In this document: one piece after another, positions 45,953 to 55,214 of the stretch
Layout: each line of letters opens with the position of its first letter
Position numbering within the stretch: the first letter of the stretch is position 1
Assembly (NCBI GenBank): GCA_963675745.2
Contig: CAXXWX010000015.1
Span: forward strand, 288,001 to 352,000
Direction of reading: 5' to 3'
From: Phycisphaerae bacterium
GTDB taxonomy: Bacteria; Planctomycetota; Phycisphaerae; UBA1845; Fen-1342
Length of the DNA stretch: 64,000 nucleotides
Notes under the pieces: generated by a model
Told to the model about the DNA's origin: nothing
The model's input: only the letters and a program-made list of their open reading frames with translations
The model's database searches: none
Translations under genes and position numbers: made by a program

Positions 45953-46185
45953 GGGTGCCATGCCGACGGCTGTTCGCGTCGGCATGCAGCATGCGTACAC
46001 GGTGACGATTCGACGTTCAGATAGAAGCCCACCTAAGAGCCGGATGGGGCCGCCGACGACTCTCCCACCACTTTGGCGAGGCCGGCACGCCGCGTAGTGG
46101 ATTGGGGATCATCGAGCGCCGAAGCGCACGAGACCGACGGCGGTCAAGAAACATGCCGACGCGAACAGCCGTCGGCATGGCACCC
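45953..46185. repeat. REPIN/MITE-like element family 3 with perfect 34-bp terminal inverted repeats
   Basis: GGGTGCCATGCCGACGGCTGTTCGCGTCGGCATG (45953-45986) and its exact reverse complement (46152-46185). Confidence 0.9.
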
Positions 46186-46210
46186 GACAATTAAGCCACG
46201 CTGCGCGGTA

Positions 46211-46843
46211 CTAACCCGCTGCCAGATTCTGTTCGAGCCTCTCCGCAAATAGCGCATAACCCTCGTCGTTCAGGTGCAGGCCGTCGGTCGTCAGCTCCGC
46301 GCGCAATCGGCCGGCCTGGTCAACCACGACCGAGTGAAAGTCCAGGTGCGCGCAGGCGTGTCGGGCGGCGTTTGTCGCCACGTGCGGGTTGAATTGCACC
46401 GCCAGGGGATTGATGCCGTCGAAGCGGCCACGCGTGGGCAGTTCGTTTATCACCAAGAGCGGAACGTCCGGCAGCCGCCGGCGGATTCGCATGATGACCT
46501 GCTCATGCGCCGCGACGATTTCATCGAACGGCGGCTCGCCGGTGCGCCATAATTCGCCCAGGTCGTTCACGCCGTTGTTGAATATGACCTGGCTCGGAGC
46601 AAGATCGAAGACCGAGACGTCCAGGCGGTGCAGAATCCCGCGATCGCCGATGCCGAGGCGATCGGAAGCGATGCCGCGATTGACGAAGCGGTGCCGCGGC
46701 AGAAAACGCCCGGTTTCGAACCACTCGAAGTGCGACGATCCGAGCAGCACTATCCCGCCCGGCTCGACCGACTCGCTCTCAAACTCGCGCAGGCGATCCT
46801 GATAGTGCTTTTCGGCGTCTATAACAACGTGCTCGTGGGCCAT
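46211..46843 (-). CDS. SGNH/GDSL hydrolase (acetylesterase-like)
   Basis: LLGSS block I, NRGI block II, GVND block III and DGLH block V. Confidence 0.88.
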   Translation of the reverse strand: MAHEHVVIDAEKHYQDRLREFESESVEPGGIVLLGSSHFEWFETGRFLPRHRFVNRGIASDRLGIGDRGILHRLDVSVFDLAPSQVIFNNGVNDLGELWRTGEPPFDEIVAAHEQVIMRIRRRLPDVPLLVINELPTRGRFDGINPLAVQFNPHVATNAARHACAHLDFHSVVVDQAGRLRAELTTDGLHLNDEGYALFAERLEQNLAAG

Positions 46844-46850
46844 GGGCTTC

Positions 46851-48257
46851 CTATCGGTAAACGTGAGCCAGGTCGGCGTTGGGATAATAGTGCCGGCAGA
46901 TTTGTTGATAGTCCGCGCCGCCGAGGGCCATACCCAGCGCGCCAATCTGGCACAACCCGACGCCGTGCCCCCAGCCGGCGCCGCGCAGCGTGATAGTCGT
47001 CAGGTTTCCGTCGGCGTCGCGCTGCGTGTCAATAGTGAACGCGCTGCTGTACAAAAACCGGGCGTGCAAAACCTCGCGAATGCGATACTCGCTGTCCAGA
47101 CGCGTACATTCGGGCCGACCGTCGCCGGCCTGCCACAGCACGTCGAGCACACACGCGCGCCCGCTGACGCCGCGCTCGATCACGCACAGGTCGCGCAGCA
47201 GCGCCAACTCGCCGGCCTGCGGCAGCTTCTCGCGCAACAGGTCTTCAAGTTCGCCGCGCGTATAGCGCACCGTCCAGCGAAAATAGTCATCAACCTCATC
47301 AACGCGTCCCAGAAACTTCGCGATGTCATCGGTCGATACCACCTGCGGGCTGCAATACACGCGCGTGCGCGCCAGCCACTCGCCGGCGAGATAATCCGCG
47401 ATATTCTCTTCTGTGACGCGGCCAAAGTCCCGTCCCGGGTCATCAGCCGGCCCGTCAAAGACCGACGACACGCCCGGCTTGGGAGCGCCCCAGACAAAGA
47501 CCGGCTCCTCCGAGACGCCGCCGCAGCTCTTGGCGTAATTTGCGTCGACCACGCCGCGCGGGCACTGGTCGGGCGCTTGTGGCGTGACGAGCGCCTCGCC
47601 GCGCGTGGCGCGGACGGCCTCGAGTGCCGCGGACGTCAGGTCACCGGTGCCCTGGTAACGCTGACAGCAATCGTCATTGCAGCGATCGAAAGGCGTGTTT
47701 TCGTGCTTGGGCTCGGCCAGGGCCAGCAGCCAACTGCGCGCGACAACGCACTGGGCCTTGAGAAACTCCGCCGGGCACGCCCCGCTCATCTCGGCGGTGA
47801 TCACGCCCGCCAGGTAATCCTCTAGCGGCAGTTCGTTGACCAGCACCACGCCGGCGGTGCCCGGCAGCAGATCGAACGCGCCAGTCAGCGTCTGTTCGGT
47901 GTGCTTCTGCCAGTGAAAGCCGCGACCGGCGACGACTTCCCGCACGCACGCCCCCGCCCCGGTCGTCAACGGCACCGGCGTCACCGCTTCGAGACGCAGA
48001 CCCGGAATGACCATCGGCGGCTCATCGCCGGCACGCACGCTGAGCGCGGGGCCCGCCAGTGACACGGTCAGCTCCGTATCCGGTGCGAGCGTGATTTCGC
48101 CTGCATGGCCGCCGCGGCCGCGATATCGCCCGCCCGCAAGTCGGATGCGCACGGTCGCCAGGGCGTCCTGGTCGAGGATAACCCCCACACGCAGCGACGG
48201 CTCCGCACCGGCCGCGCGCGTCCATTCGCCAATACCGATCGACTGGTCATTTGTCAT
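46851..48257 (-). CDS. SpoIID/LytB-domain lytic transglycosylase-like protein
   Basis: VNELPLEDYLAGVITAEM, LKAQ...ARS, CQRYQG and GAGWGHGVGLCQIGA. Confidence 0.9.
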   Translation of the reverse strand: MTNDQSIGIGEWTRAAGAEPSLRVGVILDQDALATVRIRLAGGRYRGRGGHAGEITLAPDTELTVSLAGPALSVRAGDEPPMVIPGLRLEAVTPVPLTTGAGACVREVVAGRGFHWQKHTEQTLTGAFDLLPGTAGVVLVNELPLEDYLAGVITAEMSGACPAEFLKAQCVVARSWLLALAEPKHENTPFDRCNDDCCQRYQGTGDLTSAALEAVRATRGEALVTPQAPDQCPRGVVDANYAKSCGGVSEEPVFVWGAPKPGVSSVFDGPADDPGRDFGRVTEENIADYLAGEWLARTRVYCSPQVVSTDDIAKFLGRVDEVDDYFRWTVRYTRGELEDLLREKLPQAGELALLRDLCVIERGVSGRACVLDVLWQAGDGRPECTRLDSEYRIREVLHARFLYSSAFTIDTQRDADGNLTTITLRGAGWGHGVGLCQIGALGMALGGADYQQICRHYYPNADLAHVYR

Positions 48258-48374
48258 TGCCTGGGCACCTCACACGGCGATTGTCCATTCCCGCGACTCC
48301 CGCGTCAAAGCGGCGGGGAGATGAGCCTTCCCCACAAGCCGTCGGCACTTAACCGCCTTTTGTCCTCCGCCGCG

Positions 48375-48403
48375 TTGCCAACCGGCGTATGATCACCTAG
48401 ACT
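48375..48403 (+). promoter_or_regulatory. Putative sigma70 promoter of the nuo operon, TTGCCA-N17-TAGACT
   Basis: Near-consensus hexamers with a 17-bp spacer, about 42 bp before nuoA. Confidence 0.5.
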
Positions 48404-48445
48404 TTTTCATTCGACTTCGCTGCCTCGCCGACAGGACGGGCACTC

Positions 48446-48910
48446 ATGCTGGCAAGCACCGACTACGCGCTAATCGCCATAATGATCCTGATCGCCGCCG
48501 GCGTCGGCTGTGCGATCCTGCTGCTAACCCACGTCGCGACGCCGCTGATTCTCAGGCACGGCCGCTATGGCGAGGTTAAACACGCCACCTACGAATCGGG
48601 CGTAGACCCGATCGGCGACTCCCGCAAACGATTCAACGTGCGCTTCTATCTCGTCGCCGTGCTGTTTCTGGTGTTCGACGTTGAGATCATCTTCCTCTAT
48701 CCCTGGGCCGTATTGTTCAGAAAGGTGCGAGAGGCGGCACCGGCGGTCGAAGCCGGCATGGTCGACCCGGCCAATCTGACGCTTGGCGAGCAAATCGTGG
48801 CCAGCGGCCATTCACCGGCGTATCTGCTGGCCACGATCGGTTTCTTCTTCGCCCTGCTGCTTGTCGGCTTCGTATACGAATGGCGCAAGGGGGTCTTCAA
48901 ATGGGCCTGA
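48446..48910 (+). CDS. nuoA: NADH-quinone oxidoreductase subunit A
   Basis: [18 protein letters not shown] and YEWRKG. Confidence 0.95.
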   Translation: MLASTDYALIAIMILIAAGVGCAILLLTHVATPLILRHGRYGEVKHATYESGVDPIGDSRKRFNVRFYLVAVLFLVFDVEIIFLYPWAVLFRKVREAAPAVEAGMVDPANLTLGEQIVASGHSPAYLLATIGFFFALLLVGFVYEWRKGVFKWA

Positions 48911-49503
48911 CCCGCGCGGAAGTCACAACGCCTGTCGGCGGCGATGACGTGAAGGTCACGCGCCTCGATTACATGCTCGACATGGTCAAGCGGCACGGCA
49001 TCAACTGGGCCCGCCGCAACAGCCTCTGGCCCATGCCGTTTGCGACGGCCTGCTGCGGCATCGAGCTGATGGCGACCGGCGCCAGCCGCTACGATATCGC
49101 CCGTTTCGGCGCCGAGGCGATGCGCTTCACGCCGCGGCAATGCGACCTGCTGATCTGCGCGGGACGCGTCGTGGTGCGGATGCTGCCGGTGATTCAGCGG
49201 ATTTATATCCAGATGACCGAGCCCAAGTGGGTCATCGCCATGGGGGCTTGTGCCTCCACCGGCGGTGTGTTCGATACATACGCGGTTGTGCAGGGAATCG
49301 ATCAGTTTCTGCCCGTCGACGTGTACGTGCCGGGCTGCCCCCCGCGTCCCGAAACGCTGCTGGAAGGGCTGATGGCGATTCAGCGCATCGTGACCGAAGA
49401 GGGCGTGAAGTCCAGCCAGGAGCGCGGCGGGCTCGGCATGGTCGTTCAGCCGCCGCGACAGGCCAGCCTCGGCCCCGGATTCGGCGCGCCTGATCGAGGC
49501 TGA
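48901..49503 (+). CDS. nuoB: NADH-quinone oxidoreductase subunit B
   Basis: TACCGIE, PRQCD, MGACA and VPGCPPRPE. Confidence 0.96.
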   Translation: MGLTRAEVTTPVGGDDVKVTRLDYMLDMVKRHGINWARRNSLWPMPFATACCGIELMATGASRYDIARFGAEAMRFTPRQCDLLICAGRVVVRMLPVIQRIYIQMTEPKWVIAMGACASTGGVFDTYAVVQGIDQFLPVDVYVPGCPPRPETLLEGLMAIQRIVTEEGVKSSQERGGLGMVVQPPRQASLGPGFGAPDRG

Positions 49504-49548
49504 TACCCGCACGCCGACATGCGCGTGCCCGTGGTTGTGAGATTGCAT

Positions 49549-50082
49549 ATGGCAACACAAGATGCGATTGCGGCGCTTGGGGAGAGATTCCCCGACATCC
49601 CCTTCGACCCGCAGCCGCTGATGCGCTATCTCGACGGTCGCGAGTCAGGCCAGACATGGATTCGCGTGACCGGTGATCGGCTGCTGGAAGTCATGCGGTT
49701 CCTGTATGACGATCCGCGCTGCAAATTCGAGCAGCTCTGTGACGTAACTTGTGTCGATTACCTGAATTACCCCGACGCCAGCGACCGCTTCGCCGTGGTT
49801 TATTCACTGCTGAGCCTGACGCACAACCACCGGCTCTGGATAAAAGTATTCGTCAACGACCCCGACCCCGAGCTGCCAACCGTTACCGGCATCTGGGCCG
49901 GGGCCAACTGGCGCGAACGCGAGCAGTTCGATATGTTCGGCATCAGATTCCGGGGACACCCGGACCTGCGGCGGATCCTCTGTGAAGAGGGATTCGAGGA
50001 TCACCCGCTCCGAAAGGACTACCCCTTGCACGGCAAGGGCGAACGTGAGAAGTTCCAGCGCGTAACACGCGAGACCGCGTAA
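49549..50082 (+). CDS. nuoC: NADH-quinone oxidoreductase subunit C
   Basis: [23 protein letters not shown] and HPLRKDYP. Confidence 0.96.
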   Translation: MATQDAIAALGERFPDIPFDPQPLMRYLDGRESGQTWIRVTGDRLLEVMRFLYDDPRCKFEQLCDVTCVDYLNYPDASDRFAVVYSLLSLTHNHRLWIKVFVNDPDPELPTVTGIWAGANWREREQFDMFGIRFRGHPDLRRILCEEGFEDHPLRKDYPLHGKGEREKFQRVTRETA

Positions 50083-50121
50083 CCGCGCGCTGCAACGTTG
50101 TCTGGCAAGAGACGAGCACCA

Positions 50122-51378
50122 ATGGCTATCGCTCCCGATTCAGAAGCTATTTCACTCACCAGAGACGATAGCGGTGAGGATCGCTGGACGCTCAATTTCG
50201 GCCCGCAGCATCCGGCCACTCACACTACACTGCACCTCGTGCTGGAGCTCGACGGTGAGCGCGTCATCAGCGCCACCCCCCACATCGGTTACCTGCACAG
50301 CGGGTTCGAAAAACTCGGCGAACATCTGAATTACAACCAGTACGTCGTCGTAACCGACCGCATGAACTACGTCTCGCCGATCGCCAACAACATCGCCTGG
50401 CACCATGCCTGCGAGAAGCTCTTCGGAATCGAGATTACGCCGCGCTGCAAGGCCATCCGCACGATCTGCGGCGAGCTGGCCCGCATACAGGACCACCTCG
50501 TATGTCTGGGCTGCACGGGGCTGGATCTTGGCGGATTCACGGCGTTTCTGTTCGCTTTCAACGACCGCGAGCCGATCAACGACCTGTTTGAAGAGCTCTG
50601 CGGGGCACGCTTCACCGTCAGCTATACGCGCGTCGGTGGGCTGGCCTGCGATCTGCCGCCCGGCTGGACCGACAGGGTACTGCACTACATGCGCGACGTG
50701 CTGCCCAAGGCGCTCCACGACATGGACACCCTGCTCACGCGCAACCGCATCTTCGTCGAACGCACCAAGGGCGTCGGTGTCGTCACCCACGACGAGGCCA
50801 TCAACTGGTCGCTGACCGGGCCGGTCGCACGCGGCAGCGGAGTGCGGCGTGATGTTCGCAAGGATGAGCCGTACCTGTGCTTCGCCGACAATTGGGATGG
50901 CCGGGGCGCGCCGGCCGTTGACTTCAAAGTCGCGGTCGCGCACGGGGGCGATGTCTTCAGCCGCTACCTCGTGCGTCTCGAGGAAGTGCGCCAGTCGTGC
51001 CGCATAATCGAGCAGGTCATCAAGATGCTGCCCGACGGGCCGATCAATGTGTTCGATAGCGAGAAACTGACCCTGCCGGACAAACGCGAGATTCACTTCT
51101 CGATCGAGGGGCTGATTCACCACTTCGAGAAAGTGATGACCAATCGCGGGCTGGCACCCCCCGTCGGTGAGGCGTACGGTTCGGTCGAAGCGCCCAACGG
51201 TGAGTTGGGCTTCTTCCTGGTTAGTGATGGAGGCAACGCAGCCTACCGCGCGAGCTGCCGGCCGCCGAGCTTCATTCACTTTCAGGTGTTTCCCAAGATG
51301 ATCGTCGGGCACCAGATCAGCGATGTGGTCGCGGTGCTTAACAGCTTGAATATCATCGCGGCGGAGTTGGATCGGTAG
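50122..51378 (+). CDS. nuoD: NADH-quinone oxidoreductase subunit D
   Basis: NFGPQHPATH, GYLHSGFEK, EAPNGE and ELDR. Confidence 0.96.
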   Translation: MAIAPDSEAISLTRDDSGEDRWTLNFGPQHPATHTTLHLVLELDGERVISATPHIGYLHSGFEKLGEHLNYNQYVVVTDRMNYVSPIANNIAWHHACEKLFGIEITPRCKAIRTICGELARIQDHLVCLGCTGLDLGGFTAFLFAFNDREPINDLFEELCGARFTVSYTRVGGLACDLPPGWTDRVLHYMRDVLPKALHDMDTLLTRNRIFVERTKGVGVVTHDEAINWSLTGPVARGSGVRRDVRKDEPYLCFADNWDGRGAPAVDFKVAVAHGGDVFSRYLVRLEEVRQSCRIIEQVIKMLPDGPINVFDSEKLTLPDKREIHFSIEGLIHHFEKVMTNRGLAPPVGEAYGSVEAPNGELGFFLVSDGGNAAYRASCRPPSFIHFQVFPKMIVGHQISDVVAVLNSLNIIAAELDR

Positions 51379-51404
51379 CGCCGGGCCACTGTGCCCGACG
51401 AATG

Positions 51405-51495
51405 ACCGGCTGGAAGCCGGTCCCACATTGGGAGTTGGGCTCACATTGGGAATCGGGCTCACACTGGGAGTTGGTTGCACATTGTAAGTCGAGCA
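51405..51495. repeat. REP hairpin followed by four 18-bp tandem repeats (CACATTGGGAGTTGGGCT-like)
   Basis: ACCGGCTGGAAGCCGGTCCCAC, then CACATTGGGAGTTGGGCT / CACATTGGGAATCGGGCT / CACACTGGGAGTTGGTTG / CACATTGTAAGTCGAGCA. Confidence 0.8.
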
Positions 51496-51511
51496 ACGCG
51501 GAGCAGACGCG

Positions 51512-52078
51512 GTGGCGTGGCAAACGATCGATCGCAAGACGGTATCCGATGAACGGCTTGGACCGGGGCTGAGCGCGGCGGTCAAGGACAAGATCCGCTC
51601 GTTCTTCCCGCGCTATCCGGACAAAAAGGCGGCCATGCTGCCGGCGCTGCACATCGCCCAGGAGGCCAACGGGTACATCTCGCTGCGCGCAATCCGCGAG
51701 ATCGCCGAGGTGCTGGAAGTTCCGCCGGCGGCCGTCATGGACGTCGTCTCGTTTTACACGCACTTCTGGACACATCCGCGCGGCCGCAAGGTCATCTGCG
51801 TCTGCCGCTCGCTGACCTGCGAACTGATGGGCGGCAAGACGCTGCTGGAGCTGCTCAAGGAAAAGCTCGGCATCGGCGAACATGAAACCACGCCGGACGG
51901 CGAATACTCTCTGATGACCGAGGAATGCCTGGCGGCCTGTGATCACGGCCCGTGCATGCTGATCAACGAAAAGCTGCACAAGTGCGTGCGGCCCGAGGAT
52001 CTGGACCGCATCCTCGCCGACCCGGACAACGACAAACTCGACGTGCCGCGCAGCGACCTGTTTGACGCGCCCGAATGA
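51512..52078 (+). CDS. nuoE: NADH-quinone oxidoreductase subunit E
   Basis: CRSLTC and ECLAAC (N1a cluster). Confidence 0.95.
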   Translation: MAWQTIDRKTVSDERLGPGLSAAVKDKIRSFFPRYPDKKAAMLPALHIAQEANGYISLRAIREIAEVLEVPPAAVMDVVSFYTHFWTHPRGRKVICVCRSLTCELMGGKTLLELLKEKLGIGEHETTPDGEYSLMTEECLAACDHGPCMLINEKLHKCVRPEDLDRILADPDNDKLDVPRSDLFDAPE

Positions 52079-52097
52079 GGCACCACGGATTTTGCAC

Positions 52098-53504
52098 ATG
52101 AGCTTTGAACCCGTATTGATGCGAAACGTCGGCGTGGCCAACAGCCCCTCGATCGACGTGTACAAGTCCGCCGGCGGGTATGCGGGCGCCGCCAAAGCGC
52201 TGGCAATGACCGCCGACGAGCTGGTCAGTCTGGTCAAGCAGGCCAACCTGCGCGGACGCGGCGGTGCCGGATTCCCGGCGGGCGTGAAGTGGACCTTCCT
52301 GCCGCCCGATCGCGAGGTCACCTATCTCTGCGTCAATTGCGATGAATCCGAGCCGCCCACCTTCTGCAACCGGATCACCGTCGAGCAAGACCCGCACATG
52401 TTGCTCGAAGGCATCCTGATCGCCGGCTACGCCACCAGGACCACCACCGCGTATATCTACATGCGCGGCGAGTTCATGGAGCAGTTCCACATCCTGCAAA
52501 AGGCCATCGACGAGGCGTACGCCGCCGGCTATTTCGGCAAAGACATCCTCGGCAGCGGATACGACCTTGACTGCTACATTCATCGCGGGGCGGGCGCCTA
52601 CGTTTGCGGCGAGGAAACCGGCCTGATCGAGAGCCTGGAGGGCAAGCGCGGCTGGCCGCGGATCAAACCGCCGTTTCCCGCCGTGGAGGGTGCCTTTGGC
52701 AAGCCGACGGTGGTCAACAACGTCGAGACGCTGGCCTGCCTGCCCCATATTCTCACGCGCGGACTCGACTGGTGGAACGCGCTCGGCACCGAGAACTCCA
52801 AGGGCCCCAAGATGTACTGCATCAGCGGCCCGGTTATGCGGCCGGGCTGCTACGAAGCGCCACTGGGCCTGCCGCTGCGCGAGTTGATTTACGGCGAGCA
52901 GTACGGCGGCGGCATGCGCGACAGCAAAAAGGTAAAGGCCGTCTTTCCCGGCGGGCTGTCGATGGGCGTGTTGCGCGGCGATCTCTTTCCGAAAAACCCC
53001 GGCGAGAAGATAGACACCGCGCAGGATTACGACGAGCTCGACTGCCTGCTTGATTTCGACGATGTGCGCCGCTACGGCATTCTGGGGCTGGGCACCGCCG
53101 CCGCGGTTGTCGTGCCCGAAGACACCGATATCCGCGACGTGCTGGCCAACGTCGCGCGCTTTTACGCGCTCGAATCGTGCGGCCAATGCACGCAGTGCCG
53201 CGAGGGCACCAACTGGATGTACGGCATCGCGCGCCGCATACAATCCGGCGCCGGCCGCATCTACGACCTCGACCTCTTGACCGAGGTCACCAGAAACATG
53301 GGCATGATGCCCGGCCTGAGCATCTGCGGGCTCTCGGACGGAGCCGCCTGGCCGATCCGCATGTTGGTGGAGAGATTCCGCAAGGAGTTTGAGCAGCGCA
53401 TCGGCGAGCAGCCGGCCGGTGCGGCGGAAGATACGATCAGAAAGACCAACCCGGCCGCGTACGCTCTGCCCATTGCCGGCCGCGTACCGGTCGAGTCGTT
53501 GTAG
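52098..53504 (+). CDS. nuoF: NADH-quinone oxidoreductase subunit F
   Basis: LRGRGGAGFP, GAGAYVCGEET and ESCGQCTQCREG. Confidence 0.96.
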   Translation: MSFEPVLMRNVGVANSPSIDVYKSAGGYAGAAKALAMTADELVSLVKQANLRGRGGAGFPAGVKWTFLPPDREVTYLCVNCDESEPPTFCNRITVEQDPHMLLEGILIAGYATRTTTAYIYMRGEFMEQFHILQKAIDEAYAAGYFGKDILGSGYDLDCYIHRGAGAYVCGEETGLIESLEGKRGWPRIKPPFPAVEGAFGKPTVVNNVETLACLPHILTRGLDWWNALGTENSKGPKMYCISGPVMRPGCYEAPLGLPLRELIYGEQYGGGMRDSKKVKAVFPGGLSMGVLRGDLFPKNPGEKIDTAQDYDELDCLLDFDDVRRYGILGLGTAAAVVVPEDTDIRDVLANVARFYALESCGQCTQCREGTNWMYGIARRIQSGAGRIYDLDLLTEVTRNMGMMPGLSICGLSDGAAWPIRMLVERFRKEFEQRIGEQPAGAAEDTIRKTNPAAYALPIAGRVPVESL

Positions 53505-53579
53505 CAAACAGGACCGTGGAACGAATTCGCAACCCGTGGACCGGGGCCGGCCCGGTCAACCACTGGTGACGAGGCACTG

Positions 53580-55181
53580 ATGCCCAAGATCATCATCGAC
53601 GGTAAGGAAGTCGAGTGCCGCGGCGGTATCCCCGTCTTGCAGGCCGCGCTCGAAGCCGGCTTCCGCGTCCCCTATTACTGCTATCATCCCGGCTTGTCCG
53701 TATCGGCGAGCTGTCGCCTGTGCCTGATGGAAATGAAGATGCCCCACCCGCAGACCCGCGAGCTGGGGTGGGCGCCCAAGCTGTTTCCGGCTTGCCAGAC
53801 ACCGGTCAAAGACGGCATGGAGGTGCGTTTTAATTCGGACGCGGTCAAGGGCAACCAGGAGCGCGTGCTCGAATACTACCTGCTGAATCACCCCCTGGAT
53901 TGTCCCGTGTGTGACAAGGCCGGCGAGTGCTACCTGCAGGACTACTCCGAGGAATTCGGCCAGGCCGCCTCCCGGATGGTCGAAGACAAGCACAAAAACC
54001 CGAAGAAGGACATCGGCTCCAAAACCCTGCTGTACTCCGACCGTTGCGTGGTCTGCACACGCTGCGTGCGCTTCACCGAGGAGATCACCGGCTCCGGCGA
54101 ACTCACCGTGGTCAACCGCGGCAGCCGTAGCGAAATCGACGTCTTCCCCGGCGTTGGATTGGAAAACCCGCTCCAGGGCAACGTGGTTGACCTGTGCCCG
54201 GTGGGGGCGTTGCTCAGCAAGGACTTCCTGTTCAAGCAGCGCGTCTGGATGCTCAAGTCCACAAAATCGGTCTCGCCGGCCGACTCCTCCGGCAGCACCA
54301 TCCACATCGATCACAACGACGGCACGATTTACCGCATCCGTCCGAGGTTTAACGAGAAGACCAACGAGTGGTGGATCAGTGATGAGGCCCGCTTTGAGTG
54401 GGCTTACGTTCACAACGAGCAACGGCTCAGACAACCGACACACCGGGTCGATGACGGGCAACCCCCGGTCGCCTGGGAGGCGCTGCCGCGGCTGCTGCGC
54501 GAGCGCTTTGAGCGGGCGGCACACGGCAACGGCGGAACGTCGGTAGGCGCCGTGCTCAGCCCGATGATGAGCTGTGAAGAAGCCTATTTGCTGGCCGGGT
54601 TCATCCGCGAAGTCGCACCGCAAGCCACGCTCGCCTGTGGATTTGTGCCCTGCGAGGGCGAAGACCGCGTATTCCCCAAGGGCTTCACCATCAAAGCCGA
54701 GAAGTGCCCCAACCGCCGCGGCATCGAGACCATCATCGAGCATTTCGGCGGCAACACCGCCACCTGGCCCGCATTTCTCGAGCAGCTCGCCGGCGGAAAA
54801 TACGCCGCGGTCTACGTCTATGGCGGCTATCCCAAGGCCTGGATCACGACCAAGGCGGTCGAAGCTCTCGCAAAGGCCGGCTTCGTCGCACTGCACGACC
54901 TGTTCCCCTCGCAGCTCAGCGAGCGCGCCGCACTTGTCGTGCCCGCCGCGGCCTGGGCCGAGCGCGAAGGTTCATTCATGAACCATGCCGGATTACTCCA
55001 GCCGTTTGAGCGCGCCATCGCGCCGCCCGACGGCGTGAAATTCGACGGCCAGTTCTATTGGGAGCTCGCCGGCGGCACCGGGCTGTACCGGGCCGCAAAC
55101 GTACGTGAACAGATGGCCGCCAAAATGCCGGCCTTTGCGGACGTGTTTACGCCGCGACCCGAACCCGAATACGCACATTGA
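53580..55181 (+). CDS. nuoG: NADH-quinone oxidoreductase subunit G (short form, 533 aa)
   Basis: CYHP..CRLC, HPLDCPVCD..GEC, CVVCTRC and DLCPVGAL. Confidence 0.93.
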   Translation: MPKIIIDGKEVECRGGIPVLQAALEAGFRVPYYCYHPGLSVSASCRLCLMEMKMPHPQTRELGWAPKLFPACQTPVKDGMEVRFNSDAVKGNQERVLEYYLLNHPLDCPVCDKAGECYLQDYSEEFGQAASRMVEDKHKNPKKDIGSKTLLYSDRCVVCTRCVRFTEEITGSGELTVVNRGSRSEIDVFPGVGLENPLQGNVVDLCPVGALLSKDFLFKQRVWMLKSTKSVSPADSSGSTIHIDHNDGTIYRIRPRFNEKTNEWWISDEARFEWAYVHNEQRLRQPTHRVDDGQPPVAWEALPRLLRERFERAAHGNGGTSVGAVLSPMMSCEEAYLLAGFIREVAPQATLACGFVPCEGEDRVFPKGFTIKAEKCPNRRGIETIIEHFGGNTATWPAFLEQLAGGKYAAVYVYGGYPKAWITTKAVEALAKAGFVALHDLFPSQLSERAALVVPAAAWAEREGSFMNHAGLLQPFERAIAPPDGVKFDGQFYWELAGGTGLYRAANVREQMAAKMPAFADVFTPRPEPEYAH

Positions 55182-55214
55182 CAGTACTTGCAACCGCTGA
55201 AACCGGGACACAAG

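Noticed and set aside
51423..51495. 18-bp repeats as a CRISPR array or iterons
   Set aside because: The units are directly adjacent with no spacers, are degenerate, and lie inside the nuo operon with no rep or cas gene.
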